64,000 nt of DNA from Raja brachyura (Eukaryota). Numbering within the stretch: the first letter of the stretch is position 1; every line of letters starts with the position of its first letter. Below, one piece after another: positions 26,776-39,812 of this stretch. The stretch is taken from positions 34,658,001 to 34,722,000 of the forward strand of contig OY740792.1 of NCBI GenBank assembly GCA_963514005.1, given 5' to 3'. The notes under the pieces were generated by a model, which made no database searches, was not told the origin of the DNA, and worked only from the letters and a program-made list of their open reading frames with translations. The translations under genes were made by a program, and so were the position numbers.

Positions 26776-27257
26776 AAATGTTTAGCATTGGGAGTGGGGT
26801 TGGAGTGGCTTGAGGAGAGAGAGAGAGTGGGTTGGAATGGATTGGAATGAGATTATTGGTCTATTAGAATATTGGGAGTGAGGAGAGTAAATGTGTGGAA
26901 TGGTGAGGGGAGAGCGGAATCATATAGACTATGGATTTGTGGAATATCAAGGAGTGGTAATGCAGGTGCAGGAAGGGGGTATTGTTGGAGAATGAGGCAT
27001 GGTTTGGACCAGAGTAAGAGAAGAATCCCAGTTGGTGTAAATCAAGCAGGGTAGGCGGGAGCTGAGGAGGTGGGATTGAAGGCAATCCAGACGAAAGAAG
27101 AGTTGGGCAAAATGAGAGAAGACTGGAGCACTCGAGCAGAGAGAGAAGCAGCAATATCATCAGAAGATTGAGTTAGTTGGTGACAATGGAGGAGGGCGAG
27201 TCAGGTTGGAAGCCAGCAGGAGCCCCAATGAATGAGTGTGCTAATGAGGAGAGAGTA

Positions 27258-27390
27258 TCAAAGTCAATTTTATTCGTCACATGTACCCGAAGGTACAGTG
27301 AAATGAATTTGCCAGCAGCAATACACTTAAAAAGAACACACAATACACAATAAGATTTAACACAAACATCCACCACAGCATTCTTCCATA
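27258..27390 (-). mobile_element. Rex1-like 3' tail of the non-coding retroposon family
   Basis: Antisense tail with a GTACC-TTCG-GGTAC stem-loop and AATAAA; similar to 9500-9630. Confidence 0.65.
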
Positions 27391-27439
27391 AGTTTCACCG
27401 GGGGAGCTCTGTGATGAACAGCCTGAGGGAGGAGGAGAG

Positions 27440-29258
27440 CTCGGTAACATCCTTGCAGACGGACATGCTGAGGATCTGCAAATCCTTTTATATGGATTTG
27501 TACGACAGAGAGGCCACGGACAGCACTTCCTGTCCTCTATCATGGAGGTCTTGGAGGACAACAATCGGGAGAGTCTGGACCAACCACTGATCCTAGAGGA
27601 GCTGACTGACTCCATTCATTCCTTTGACTCGAGTAAAACTCCCTGAAGTGATGGCTTACCGGCCGAGTTGTATTTGGCTCTGTGGGACTGGGTGGGCCCG
27701 GATCTGCTGGAAGTGTACAACAACATGCTTCTAGCCGGCAGCATGTCAGACTCTATGAGGAAGGGCAGCATCACCCTAATCTACAAGCAGAAGGGGGAGA
27801 TGAAGGATATAAGGAAATTGGAGACCTATCACATTGTTGAATGTTGATTACAAGACCCTAAGACCATCGCCAACCAGTCAAGTCTGCTCTGAGATGAGTG
27901 ATTCGCCGGGACAAAACCTGTACTGTACCTGGCAGGAAAATGTCAGACAGCCTGGCGCTGCTGAGAGATACAATTGCCTACGTGCAGGACAGACGGGTGG
28001 ATGCCTGCCCAGTCAGCTTGGAGCGGGAGAAGTCCTTCGACAGGATATCACACATGTACATGAGGGACGTGCTCTCCAAAATGGGCTTTTGGGAGAGAAT
28101 TGGAAATTGGATCGTACTGCTCCACACCGATATGTGTAGTGCAGTCCAAATCAATGGGTGGGAATGAGACAGCTTCCGTGTCAGGTCTGGAGTCAGGCAG
28201 GGTTGCCCTCTCTCTGCCCAGCTCGTCTGGCAAAATGCCTCCTCGCCAGAACTCACCAACAAGCACCAAGACCTGGCTCGTCTGTCGGTGATTTGAGTCC
28301 TCCCAGTCAGATCCTTCCTGCACCGTCGGAACCTCACTACCAGCGCACGCTGCCCTCGGGACGGCTGCTTTGGAAAGGAGACGGTTTCCCACCTCTTTGC
28401 AGAGTGTGGATTCGCAAAGGGCTAGAGAGGGCTGCAAGGGTCCCTTTCACAGTTTATTCTGTAACCTAAACAGCTCCGTCACTGAGGACTCTGATTTACG
28501 AACTGGTCCCAGGGACGCATTCAGAGACGGACATCAAGTGCTGCTGGAAGGTCATCAACTCGGTGAAAGATGCTCTTTGGTCTACCTGAGCGTTGTTAAC
28601 TACCCAGCGGAGCGAGATGTCCGTCAGGGAATGTTGCTGACTGGCCCACTGCAGACTGCAGGAGTACGTGCTAATGGCCCTGTCCCACGATGTGAGTTCA
28701 TTCAAGAGCTTTCCCGAGTTTGATAAAAAATCAAACTCGTGGTAAGCACGGAGAATGAACATAGCGGGTACGTCAGAGCTCGGGGACGTCTCTCAGCGGC
28801 TCGTAATGCTAACGGCAGGTACTCAGGAAGACTCGCTAACGGCAGGTAAGCTCGCGAAGACTCGTGAAGATTTTATACATGTTGAAATATGCCCACGAGA
28901 ACCCCGAGTACCGACAAGTGGCCATTACCGTAAATCTCAGAGTTCGAATCAAGGCAAACTCGGGAGAACACTTTGAATGAACTCGTACAGTGGGACAGGG
29001 CTTTTAGGAACTCACTCAAGCTCGGTGCAGCCAACGGCAAGCTCAGTGGGGGAGTACCTTCCGCTGTTGGACAGGGGGGGAAGGGTGTGGTGGAGACGCC
29101 CCTCAAAATAAGGGAAGGGATTCCACGCCAGTGGGCCACATGAGTGGCAAGGGTGGGTGGAGACATTTGTGATTTGGGGAAACTGTATTGTATGTATGTG
29201 AAGCTTACGAGAATGTTGGATGGAGTTTTGCAAGGATCATGTATTTATATATTTATTT
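27440..29258 (+). mobile_element. Tx1-clade LINE ORF2 fragment, internally deleted
   Basis: DGLPAELY, ITLIYKQKG, LLNVDYK, EKSFDRISH and VRQGCPLS, jumping to a CPRDGC...HLFAEC zinc knuckle. Confidence 0.85.
28674..29004. mobile_element. Non-autonomous DNA transposon (MITE), copy 2, opposite orientation
   Basis: atggccctgtcccac/gtgggacagggcttt flanked by TA; interior is the reverse complement of 3602-3915. Confidence 0.85.
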
Positions 29259-29259
29259 C

Positions 29260-30115
29260 TCTATTTTGCAATTAAAAAAAAAACAAAATTCTTCCCTGTG
29301 GTGGAAGGCAACAAAGTTCGGCCAGTCCTCCTCCTTTGTTCATCCGTGGACGGGGTCATAAACCCTCCGTAGTCGCCGCTACGGACGGCCCGATGTACAG
29401 GCCCTCTCGTCGGTATGATTGACTCCGGTCCGACGTCAGGACGGTCAAACACACTCCGTGGCCATGAGGTTCCGAATTGGCACTTTCCTACCGGAGACTG
29501 TGGCTTCAGGATGTTTTAGGCCACAGGCTGGCGGTCAGAGATCTTCTCTGGCGATCCCCGGCGAGGTATCCCAGGATCCGGATGGTAAGTCCACGCCATG
29601 CGCACGGCTAGAAGCTCCGTAGACCACAGCCCCATCATGCCAAAGTCATCAAGCCAGTGATTTGAGACCTCCTCTCTGGCGACCCCCAGCAAACGTTCAC
29701 CTGCTCCGCGATGGAAAAGTCCGCGCTCCGCCCGCTGCTGGTGCTCTGGGCCCGACTCCGGGAAAGGCCGCTCCAATCCAAGCTGTTGGGCCGCAAGGGA
29801 GGCGACATGGAAAAAGTTGCCTCTCTGTCGAGGAGGCGACCGAAAGAGGGTCCCCACCCCCCACACAAGACACACCAAGAGACACCTAAACTGATATTAG
29901 ACACACCAAAAAAAAAATCGAAATAATGAACATGCTGCTGGGTTAAGAAAGTGAAATTAGATGGAAATTTGAGGAGGCGACCGAAAGCACTCCCCCCTTC
30001 CCCACCACCACCCACACAAGACACAGCAAAAGACTAAACTAACATTAGACACACGAAAAATACCAAAAAATGTTGAAATAACGAACACGCTTCAGGGCTG
30101 AGAAAGTGGAATTGA
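29260..30115 (-). mobile_element. GC-rich non-coding retroposon with a duplicated 5' block
   Basis: Reverse complement aligns with 9360-9500; a block of about 130 bp is repeated at 29830-29960 and 29971-30112. Confidence 0.65.
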
Positions 30116-30542
30116 ATTAAAATTAGATTTCAGAGGGTAAGTCAAGTTTAAGGAAGGGGTGCGAGTTGAGAATTGTTCAGCAGTTTAAATTGGTGAGGAA
30201 TGAGCAGGGAGAGTGTGTTTGTGAGGAGTGAGGGGAGGAGTGCTTTATGGTGGAGGGGTGGGTGGGTTGTTGGGGAGGATGATGAGTGATGATTGATGTG
30301 AGGTTTGGTGGGGAGGGGGTGAGGATTAACATGGAGTTGATGAGGTGATGGGTTGGTGAAGAGTGAGGAGAGGTAGGTGACGATTGAGTTAGGGTGGGGT
30401 TGTCAAGGAGGGGTTTGGTGATTTGGGTGGGTTTGGTGAGAAGGGCCTGGAGTGAGTGAGTTAGTGAGGAGGGGATGGGTTGGTAATGTGGGGGTTTGGT
30501 AGGAGGCCATTTTGGGGATTGAGGAAGAGGAGTGCATTGTGG

Positions 30543-30712
30543 CAAGACACAAAATGCTGGAGTAACTCAGCGGAACCGGCAGCATCTCTGGATAGAAGGA
30601 TTTGGTGACGTTTCGGGTCGTGACTCTTCTTTGGTCTGAGGAGTCTTGCTGAGTTGCTCCAGCATTTTGTGTCTACCTTTGCTGTAAATCAGCATCTGCA
30701 GTTCCTTCCTCA
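30543..30712. mobile_element. Fold-back Penelope-repeat mini-element (degenerate)
   Basis: agacacaaaatgctggagtaactcagc ... gctgagttgctccagcattttgtgtct inverted arms. Confidence 0.7.
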
Positions 30713-31119
30713 CAGGGCGTTGACAGGTGAGGCCTCAGCCTTGCGACGGTGCCTTGACGGTAGTGAAGCCTTGTGGGTCGAACCGTGGTCGACGGTCGAT
30801 GAGAGCGTGGAGGACCACTGAGGGGGGGAGGGGAAGAATAATGGAGGGACTGCCGTGAGGGAGGCGGGCAGGGAGAGCAATGGATAATTGGGGAGGTGGG
30901 GAAAACAAAGGACAATGGGGAACAGTGTGTGGGGGAACCGCTGTAGGGGGAGGGGAGGGAGGGGGATGTGTGTGTGTGTGGAGAGAACAGAAGGGATAGC
31001 CGACGTTCTTTGTAACTTTGCCAGTGCCGTAGGTGGCTGCTATTTATATAGATTGGGTATGCAAACAAAGAATCTCACTGTACCGAGTCACATGTGCTAA
31101 TAATGTATTCCATTCCATT

Positions 31120-31872
31120 GTGGCGCTGCTGTGGAATGAGGCAGGCGAACGATGATTATGGGGGCTCCGGATGGGGTATTGACCAAAATGGGAAAACCCT
31201 GCATGTCTGTCCTTTTTTTTGTCCAGTTGTAGTTTGCTGTGTTTTTATATTGTTTTTAACTGTGTATGTGCGGGGGGCAGGAACTATTGAGTCTCTTCCC
31301 TGCACGGGAGACCTGACCTTTTCCCTGTCCGGTCTCCGTTGTCGTTGGGGCCTAGCACCGTGGAGTGACCTCCAGCCGGAACGTCCTGGGGGCTCCAGTC
31401 GTGGAGCCTGCCTAGCCTGCGGACTTACCGGGGCTGGCCGGCCTCGGAGCGTGGGGAGCTGTGGCCTCGCTCGACTGCGACCAGACTTCAGGGCTTCGGG
31501 GGCTCCAGCTGCAGGCCTGTGGACGGTGACATCAGGAGCCTGGTGGGAGACCGCATTTTGGAGCCTCCCCGGCAGCAGCTTCTCCCGCCCGAGGTGCGGG
31601 GCTGAAGGCGACCCTGAGCGGGGCCTGACATCACCCGGCGCGGCTTTAACGGCCGCGGGACTTGCCATCACCCGCCGGGGCTTTAATATCGGGAGAAGAT
31701 GGAGAGCAGGGGAGAGACAAGACTTTGCCTTCCATCACAGTGAAGAGGAGATTCACTGTGATGCATGTCTGTGTGAATTGAGTTGGTGTCTTGTAAAATT
31801 GTTTCTTTGTGTTGTATGGCTGCAGAAATCAAAGTTCCTCACGGAAAAATAAAGTTCATTGTATTGTATTGT
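31120..31872 (+). mobile_element. GC-rich non-coding retroposon, diverged subfamily
   Basis: Shares gggcctg(t)acatc and gccttcca(c/t)cacag blocks with 9341-9630; AATAAA and (ATTGT)n tail. Confidence 0.6.
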
Positions 31873-33470
31873 ATATATAACATGTGTTATGTTGAGAACT
31901 GTGGAGGAGGTGTCGTCTCATGAAAAAATATTTGTGGTTGGCAAGGGTTGAGGGGTTTAAAGGATTGAATGGATGTGCATGTTGTGCAATGGAAAGGAGT
32001 GAATGGTGATGATTGAGGAGTGGGGTCAATGAGGAGTGAGTTGTGTGGTGGAGGGTTGAGAGATTGGGAGCAGAGGTCAGTGAGTAAGGTTGAAGGAGGG
32101 TATGTCAATTGAAATTTTGAGACAGATTATCGAGTTGATAAGATTCAAGGAGCCTTGATGAATTGAGGACTGGTCTGGACAGAAGGGATTGGATGACCTC
32201 CATAGGTTAGTCATGATTGTGGTGGGTGTCACCTGGGGTGGATTAAGGAAAGAGTGGGTTGCTGAGGACTGAGAGTTTGTGGAGTTCGGTGCGGAGAGTA
32301 ATCGGGGTTGAGGAGATGGGGTGTGGTTGTGAGGATTAGAGGGGGAGTGAGAAAAGGATTGGTGGAGAAGGTTGGTGCGATTATGGAGAGGGTAAAAGTC
32401 AGAGGAGGGGGTAAAAAGCAGGGAGAAACTGAAAGGGGTTTGTGAAAACCAAGGAGGGGTGAATGATGTGAGGTTTGTGGGAACTGTTCAAACAAGGATC
32501 GAAGAGGTGAAGCGAATTAGTGGAGAATGGGAGCTATTCTGGGGACTGTTGGACGGAGATTGATTTGAAGAATTCCAGATTTTAGAGAAGCACGAGTCAT
32601 TTGGGAGCAAGGAGTAAATGGAAATGGTTTATTGGGAGGGTGTGGCTTTTGAAGACGTTATTTTGGATACATTAAATAATTGGAATGCAACTTTTAAAAA
32701 CTTGGGCAAATATCTTTCCCTTGTGTGCAAGGGAAAGTCCATTTCCTGCTGGAATTTCTGTTGAAAAAGTGTTGCTTTCCCGAATCCTTATAATTTTTGT
32801 AGTTTTTTTGGCTGCAATGATTGCAATTGAATAACACAAGCTTTGACAGATATAACTTCTGGGCTCTCTAGCAAAGGGAAAAGTTAATGTATAATTCAAT
32901 AAGGACAGCACTCCCTGCTTTTAATCCATTGAGTGCCAGCAGTAGCAAATGCCTCTGCATGTTTTAGTATAAGCGGAAAAGATCATTGCCTTTGATACCC
33001 AAATCAGGGAAAGATCATTTGTCAAATGTAAGGTAGGTGCTGGAGAATTAGAAGAATGCCTCATTGTAAATAATATAATCTGTTGATATGACATGGCACT
33101 GTAAGTGGTGTATTTCTAGTGTGGCGTATCAGATTGGTATGATGACATTACCGATTGCTCCACGGCTCCAACTGTTATGTTTGGAGGTGGAGCCAGTCTG
33201 TAACATTGACAGTTGTGAACACGTCTGTTACTTCAGTTTGATAATTGCAAGCTGGGTAAGCAATTGTTGCTGTGCTTGGCGTGACAGACATAGCCTAATA
33301 CAAGTTGGTGGCTGAACTTAAACCAGGATCTACAGTTTTCCAAGTAGTGTACAGGGGAGGGAGATCAGACTCTATTCTTTCTAAGAGAGGACAGGCTGTC
33401 GATAGTACTCCTTAGACAGAAACTTTTGTTCAAACTTCGGAGTACCAGCCTTTCTGTAAAGAGGGACATC

Positions 33471-33594
33471 ATGCAGATGGAAGTACTAGAGAACGTAAAA
33501 CCTACAACGGGAAGGTGTCGAAACAAGCGGTTGAAAGTAGCCCTCCTCTTGTCTGTGGCTGTAACTGTGGCTCTCGGCATCGTACTGGTACTTG
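33471..33594 (+). CDS. PHEX: PHEX (M13 neprilysin-family endopeptidase), coding exon 1
   Basis: MQMEVLENVKPTTGRCRNKRLKVALLLSVAVTVALGIVLVL, a basic cytoplasmic tail plus type II signal anchor; G|GTAAGT donor, phase 1; 118 nt from the second ATG (33477), as recalled for human PHEX exon 1; lies downstream of SMS. Confidence 0.85.
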
Positions 33595-33992
33595 GTAAGT
33601 GATACTCCACGAGTTGGTCTGCAGTTTCTGGCTCTCCATCTCACAGCTCACGGTTGAACCATATGTGATAGAGTCATACAGCATGGAAACAGGCCCTTCG
33701 GCCCAACTTGCCCATGCGACCAAAATGCCCTTACTAGTCCCACCTGCCCGCGTTTGGCCCACATCCCTCTGGTTTTTTGTTATTAATTTACCTGTGCATA
33801 TGTCTTTTAAATATTGTTATAGTATCTGCCTCCTCTGGCAGTTTGTTCCATATACTCTTCACCCTCTGTGTGAAAATGTTGCCACTCGGGTCCCTGTTAA
33901 ATTTTACCCCACTTATCTTAAATATATGTCCTCCAATTCTTGATTCTCCTACTCTGGGTTAAAGACTCTGCATTCACACTATCTTTTCTCCT

Positions 33993-34201
33993 GAAGATAG
34001 ACACAAAAGGCTGGAGTAACTCAGCATCTCTGGAGAGAAGGAATGGGTGAAGTTTTGGGTCAAGACCCTTTTTCAGACAGAAAGGCCTCAACCCGAAACA
34101 TCACCCATTCCTTCTCTCCAGAGATGTTGCCTGACCCGCTCAGCTATTCCAGCTTTTTGTGTCTATCTTCAGTTTAAATCGGCATTTGCAGTTCCTTCCT
34201 G
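33993..34201. mobile_element. Fold-back Penelope-repeat mini-element
   Basis: Inverted arms; perfect 16-bp TSD cactatcttttctcct (33977-33992, 34202-34217). Confidence 0.85.
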
Positions 34202-34475
34202 CACTATCTTTTCTCCTCCTGATCTTATGCATCTCTCAAAGACCACCCCTCATCCTACTGGGCTCAAAGGAATAAAGTCCTCACCTGTCCAACCTCCCCC
34301 TATAGCTCAAGCCCACAGCCCTGGCAACATCCTCATAAATCCTCTCTGCACTCTTTCCAGTTTAACAACATTTTTCCTATAACAGCGTGACTAAAACTGA
34401 ACACACTACTCCAAATGTGACCTCACCAACATCTTTTAGAACTCTAACATAACATCCCAACTTCTGTACTCAATA

Positions 34476-34814
34476 GATAGACACAAAGTGCTGGTAACTC
34501 AGCGGATCAGGCAGTATCTCTGGAGAAAAATGATAGGTGACGTTTCGGATTTGGACCCTTCTTCAGACGGAAAGTCGGGGGTGGGGTGGCGAGGGTGAAA
34601 AGCTGGAGGCAAGAAGGGGCCAGGACCAATCAGGGCCAGCAACAAATTACCTCAAGCGAGGTAGTGGCCACCACTCCTGACTTTCAGTCTGAAGAAGGGT
34701 CCCGATCCGAAATGGCACCTAATCTTTTTCTTCGGAGATGCTGCCGAACCAGCTGAGTTACTCCAGTACTTGTCTGTTTTTGGTATAAACCAGCATCTGC
34801 AGTTCTTTGTATCT
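34476..34814. mobile_element. Fold-back Penelope-repeat mini-element with two opposed hammerhead cores
   Basis: Inverted arms of about 100 bp; 16-bp TSD acttct(g/a)tactcaata (34460-34475, 34815-34830). Confidence 0.85.
34539..34566 (-). ncRNA. Minimal type I hammerhead ribozyme core (PLE-associated)
   Basis: Reverse complement CTGAAGA-A-GGGT-CCAA-ATCC-GAAA-CGTC. Confidence 0.6.
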
Positions 34815-35865
34815 ACTTCTATACTCAATAACCTGACTAAATGCCAGTGAACTGAATGCCTTCTTGACCACTCTATCCACCCGTGACACCTTCTTACTCC
34901 GAGTCTGTGCCTGATCCATGTTTCTCTTATTGAGGTACCTGTCTAAATATCTTCCAACAAGTCATCGTAACACACAACACAAGCAGGTTCTTTGGCCAAC
35001 CAAGTTCATGCCGACCATCAGCCATCCCATATTTGCATAATCCCACAGCAATCCCATTTTATCTGGAATATATCTAGGCTCCTGCTGAATCTACCATTTG
35101 CCTACCTACTGCGGGCAATTTACAATGGTCAACTGACCTGCACATTTTGAGATGCGGGAGGAAACCACAGCACCCAGGAGAAACGGTGCAAATTCCACAC
35201 AGACAACACCCAAGCACAGGATGGTGTTCTGGGGCAGCGACTTCACTAACTGCACCATTAGGCTGCTTATATATTTTGCAGCTGTTTGGATGTAACCGTC
35301 AGGAAAATCTTGATTTTTCTTAAATCTATTTAGGCACATGATTTAATTAGTGTGTCACTCTATTACTCTGAATGTCAGCATTGTAATTCACAAAAAATCA
35401 TGGGCACTGTCTTGCCTTTGAAACTGCAATGTATGTGGTGTTTCAAACCAGTTAAATCATGTTAGAAACTTGTTAGAAAGTTGTTATCTGTGGCACTGAA
35501 GGGCACTATCAAGCTATTTTTACTCTTAGTACTTGAGTCAGCCATGATGCAGTAGAATGCAGGGTTCATATTTCATTCTGAAATAGGCCGTTTGGCCCAT
35601 CATGTCTATGCTGACTCTCAGAGCAATCCCATCAAACCTCTTATTTTCCTGTAGCTTATTGCTCATGTGTCCATTAATGTCTGCGTAATTGGAGTAATTT
35701 ACTGGCCAATTAACTTGCATGTCTTTAGGATGTGGGAGGAAACTGGACCACCTGGAGGAAACCCACTCGGTCATAAAAGGGATAGTACAATTAGGCCATT
35801 CACCCATCAAGTCTACTCTGCCATTAGATCATGGCTGATCTATATCTCCTGCCTTCTCCCCATAA

Positions 35866-37135
35866 CATAGAAACATAGAAAATAGGTGCAGGAGTAGGCC
35901 ATTCGGCCCTTCGAGCCTGCACCGCCATTCAATATGATTATGGCTGATCATCCAACTCAGTATCCTGTACCTACCTTCTCTCCTTACCCCCTAATCCCTA
36001 TAGCCACAAGGGCCACATCTAACTCCCCCTTAAATATAGCCAATAGCTTCTGTGGCAGAGAATTCCAGAGACTCACCACTCTCTGTGTGAAAACTGTTTT
36101 CCTCATCTCGGTCCTAAAGGAATTCCCCCTTATCCTTAAACTGTGACCCCTTGTTCTGGAGTTCCCCAACATCGGGAACAATCTACCTGCATCTAGCCTG
36201 TCCAACCCCTTAAGAATTTTGTAAGCCTCTATAAAATCCCCCCTCAATCTCCTAATTTCCAGCGAGTAAAAGGCGAGTCTATCCAGTCTTTCCTCATGTG
36301 AAAGTCCTGACATCCCAGGAATCGGTCTGGTGAATCTTCTCTGTACCCCCTCTATGGCAAGAATGTCTTTCCTCAGATTTGGAGACCAAAACTGTACGCA
36401 ATACTCCAGATGTGGTCTCACCAAAACCCTGTACAACTGCAGTAGAACCTTCCTGCTCCCATACTCAAATCCTTTCGCTATGAATGCTAACATACCATTT
36501 GCTTTCTTCACTGCCTGCTGCACCTGCATGCCTACTTTCAATGATTGGTGTATCATGACACCCAGGTCTCGTTGCTTTTTCCTACTCCCCTTTTCCTAAT
36601 CTGCCACCATTCAGATAATAGTCTACCCTCCTGCTTTTGCAACCAAAGTGGATAACCTCACATTATACTGCATCTGCCATGCATTTGCCCATTCACCCAG
36701 CCTATCCAAGTCACCTTGCAGCCTCCTAGCATCCTCCTCACACCTAACACTACCCCCCGGCTTAGTGTCATCTGCAAACTTGGAGATGTTGCATTCAATT
36801 CCCTCGTTCAAATCATTAATATATATTGTAAATAGCTGGGGTCCCAGCACTGAGCCTTGCGGTGCCCCACTAGTCACTGCCTGCCATTCTGAAAAGGACC
36901 CGTTTACTCCTACCCTTTGCTTCCTGTCTATAAGATTCATCAAACATGATTTACCTTTCGTAAATCCATACTGACTTTGTCCAATGATTTCACCACTTTC
37001 CAAATGTGCTGCTATCCCATCTTTAATAACTGACTCTAGCAGTTTCCCCACCGATGTTAGACTAACTGGTCTGTAATTCCCCGTTTTCTCTCTCCTTTTT
37101 TTAAAAAGTGGAATAACCTCTGACACCCGCACTAA
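35866..37135 (-). mobile_element. CR1/HER1 LINE RT fragment and 3' end
   Basis: PQGSVLGPQLFTIYINDL...FADD (ORF 36623-37132); LVRPHLEYC (ORF 35984-36556); (TTTCTATG)n tail. Confidence 0.92.
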
Positions 37136-37679
37136 TCTATATCACAGAGGGTCACATCACTTGGCTCTCAAGCCTTTCCCACCTAAATGTGATCATGGGT
37201 GATTTGCTCCAGCCCTTAACATCTCTTCTGTGCCAGTTCTTTGAGGCCTTCAATGCCTTTAACCTTCCTCTTTAAATGCCTCCTATGATCCAGAGCCAAC
37301 TGCAAGACGTGGTGAGTTCATACACACCTCAGTTTTAAATGATCATCCCTAATCTTGCAACAATGACCCCTCATTGGAGACTGCTACTTGAGGAAGCATC
37401 TCAACAGCTATCCTACCGTGTTCCTGAACGATCTTATATGGTCCACCTCGCATTTTTATAAGCTCCAAAATAAATAGACCTAATTCTGCAGCTGCATGTG
37501 ATAGGATAACCTCCTTATCCATCAATTAGACTTTTGAATCTCCTTTGGAATGCCTCCAATGCTATTGTTCCCTTTTATAAGTAAATGGATCAGAACAGGC
37601 CTCACTGACACTCTGTACAACCCTTTTGCAACACATTCCTATTTCTAAACTCCAAACCTCTTGCAATAAAGGCCAACAT

Positions 37680-39812
37680 GTCATATGCCTTCCAAATCAC
37701 TTATCAGTTTGGCTAAATTGATTGAGTCTTTTGAAAAAGTAACAATGATGATGAAATGAGTGCATTGTTATAGTTTACATGGACTTCAGTGAGGCCTTTG
37801 AAAGGGTCCCACTTGAAAGGCTGATTTAAAAGATAGACATAGGATCCGGAGAAAGGTGGCCAATCCTTCAGTCTGAAGAAGGGTTCCGACCCAAAACATC
37901 ATCATTCTTTATCCCCAGAGATGCTGCCTGACCCACTGAGTTACTCCAGCACTTTGTGTCTATCTTCAATATAAAGTTGGCTTGGTAATAAGAGGGGGTG
38001 ATGGTGGAGGATTATTTTGTGATTGGAAGCTTGTGATCCACAGTGTGCCACATAGATTAGCGCTGAGACCCTTGCTGTTAGTCATATACATGAATGATTT
38101 AAATCTGGGCTAAGGAGGAATGATAAGTAAGTTTGCAGTTGACATGAAATTTGATAGCATTGTTGATAGTGAGGGAGGTACCCTTAAGGTACAGAATGAT
38201 ATTGGTCATCTGTAAATTAAGAAGAGCAATGGCAGATGGATTTAATCCTGATAGGTGTGAGGAGATTCATTTTCACATGTATCCTGACTGGCAGTGCCAG
38301 GGGGTGCATTGTGGAGTACTATAGACCACATTAGGGACTGTGGTACAAGTTCATAGATACCTAAAGATGGCAGCACACATTGATCAGGTGATGAAGAAGG
38401 CATATGGGACACTGGGCTTCATTAGTCAGGGCAGTCAACAGAAGAGCATGGTACAATTAATCAACACTGGTTTGGACACAGCATCCAGTTCTGTGTGCAG
38501 TTCCGGCCCCCACATAACAGGAAAGACGCGATTGCTCTGGCGAGAGTGCAGAGGCGATTCAGCAGGAAATTACCTGGGATAAAATGTCTCCATTTTGAGG
38601 AGAGACTGGAGGAGCTGGATGTGTTTTCCTTGGAGCAGAGGAGGTTGAGGGGGTGTGGTGACCTGATGGAGGTGTACAGGATTATGGGTGGGCTAGATAG
38701 GGTAAATGGTGAGAAACTTTCACCATAATTGAGACATCATACTAAGGGCCCTGGGCCAAACTTGTGGAGTAAGAAAGTTAAAGGTAAAAAAAAAATTCGG
38801 GTAGTAGGTAGTTGGAATCTGGAAAACACTGCCTGAGAAGCTAGTGAAGGGAAGTGCTCTCACATCATTTAAAAGGTAGCCAGATGAACACAAATTGCCA
38901 AGGCATAGAAGACTATGTACCAAGTGGGAGGGATGGCCAGTGTGTGGCTGGCATGGACATGGACATGGTGGGCAGCATGGCCTGTTTCTGTGTGGCATGA
39001 CTCTATGACTTCATCCTCACAGTCAACTCTGCTCATTAATTCATATTTGTCATGCAGGATGTACCTTTCATAAAACCTGGTGACCTGGATTGATTGCATT
39101 AAGCTTCTTGAAATGACAAGGAATTTGGGGACCCTGGCAGATATGTTTGTGTCTTCTTAACCGTGGCTGAGGTATCAGAAGACTGGAGGGTGGCTAATGT
39201 TGTGCCTTTATTTAGGGAGGTCCGCAAGGGCAAGTCAGGGAACCACAGGCCAGTAAGCCTAACATCAGTGGTGGGAAAACTACTGAGGGTGATTCTGAGA
39301 AACAGGATCTCGATGCATGTGGAGAGGAAAAGGCTGATAAGAGGTAGTGAACATAGATTTATGTGTGAGAAATTATGTTTCACAAATTTGATTGAATTTT
39401 GCAAACCAAGAGGATAGATGAATATAAGGTAGGAGACGTGGTTTACATGGACTTTATCAAGACTTGGTCAGGGTCCCGACTGGTCTAGAATGTGAGATCA
39501 CATTGGATTCAGGGTGAATCAGCCAATTGGAAAGAAAAATAACCTGGTGGAAGGAGGCATTGGGCAGCAGCAAAGTGTTGTTTTTCAGATTGGAGCCCTG
39601 TGACCAGTGGTGTGCCGTAGGGATCAGTGTTGGGTCCGCTGCTGTTAACAATTTGGATGAGAATGTAAGTGACATGATTAGTAATTTTGTGGATAGCACC
39701 AAAATTGCCAGTTTTCCTTGGTGACCTTAGAGGGTTACAATATCATGAGGGACCTAGATAAGGTGAATGGTTTAAGGTGAGGGGCGAGATTTAAAGGACA
39801 TCTGAAGGGCAA
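37680..39812 (+). mobile_element. Degenerate CR1 fragments (two copies), with a PLE repeat at about 37868-37970
   Basis: EDWRVANVVPLF, RPVSLTSVVGKL and LARVQRRF peptides; the host CR1 resumes at 44498. Confidence 0.75.

Larger units (their letters stand above)
33667..34910 (-). mobile_element. CR1 3' fragment carrying two PLE fold-back insertions
   Basis: CR1 3' UTR gagtcatacagcatggaaacaggcccttcggccc plus RT C-terminal remnants. Confidence 0.8.

Noticed and set aside
31094-31852. 252-aa ORF and the antisense 171-aa ORF as a novel gene
   Set aside because: Lies within a GC-rich repeat; low-complexity translation, no domain and no splice context.
33000-33470. PHEX core promoter or TSS
   Set aside because: The position is plausible, but no clear TATA/Inr or CpG island can be pinned from sequence alone.
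34975-35790. tRNA genes in SINE heads (also about 51010-51300)
   Set aside because: Degenerate HE1-type SINE remnants with no intact cloverleaf.
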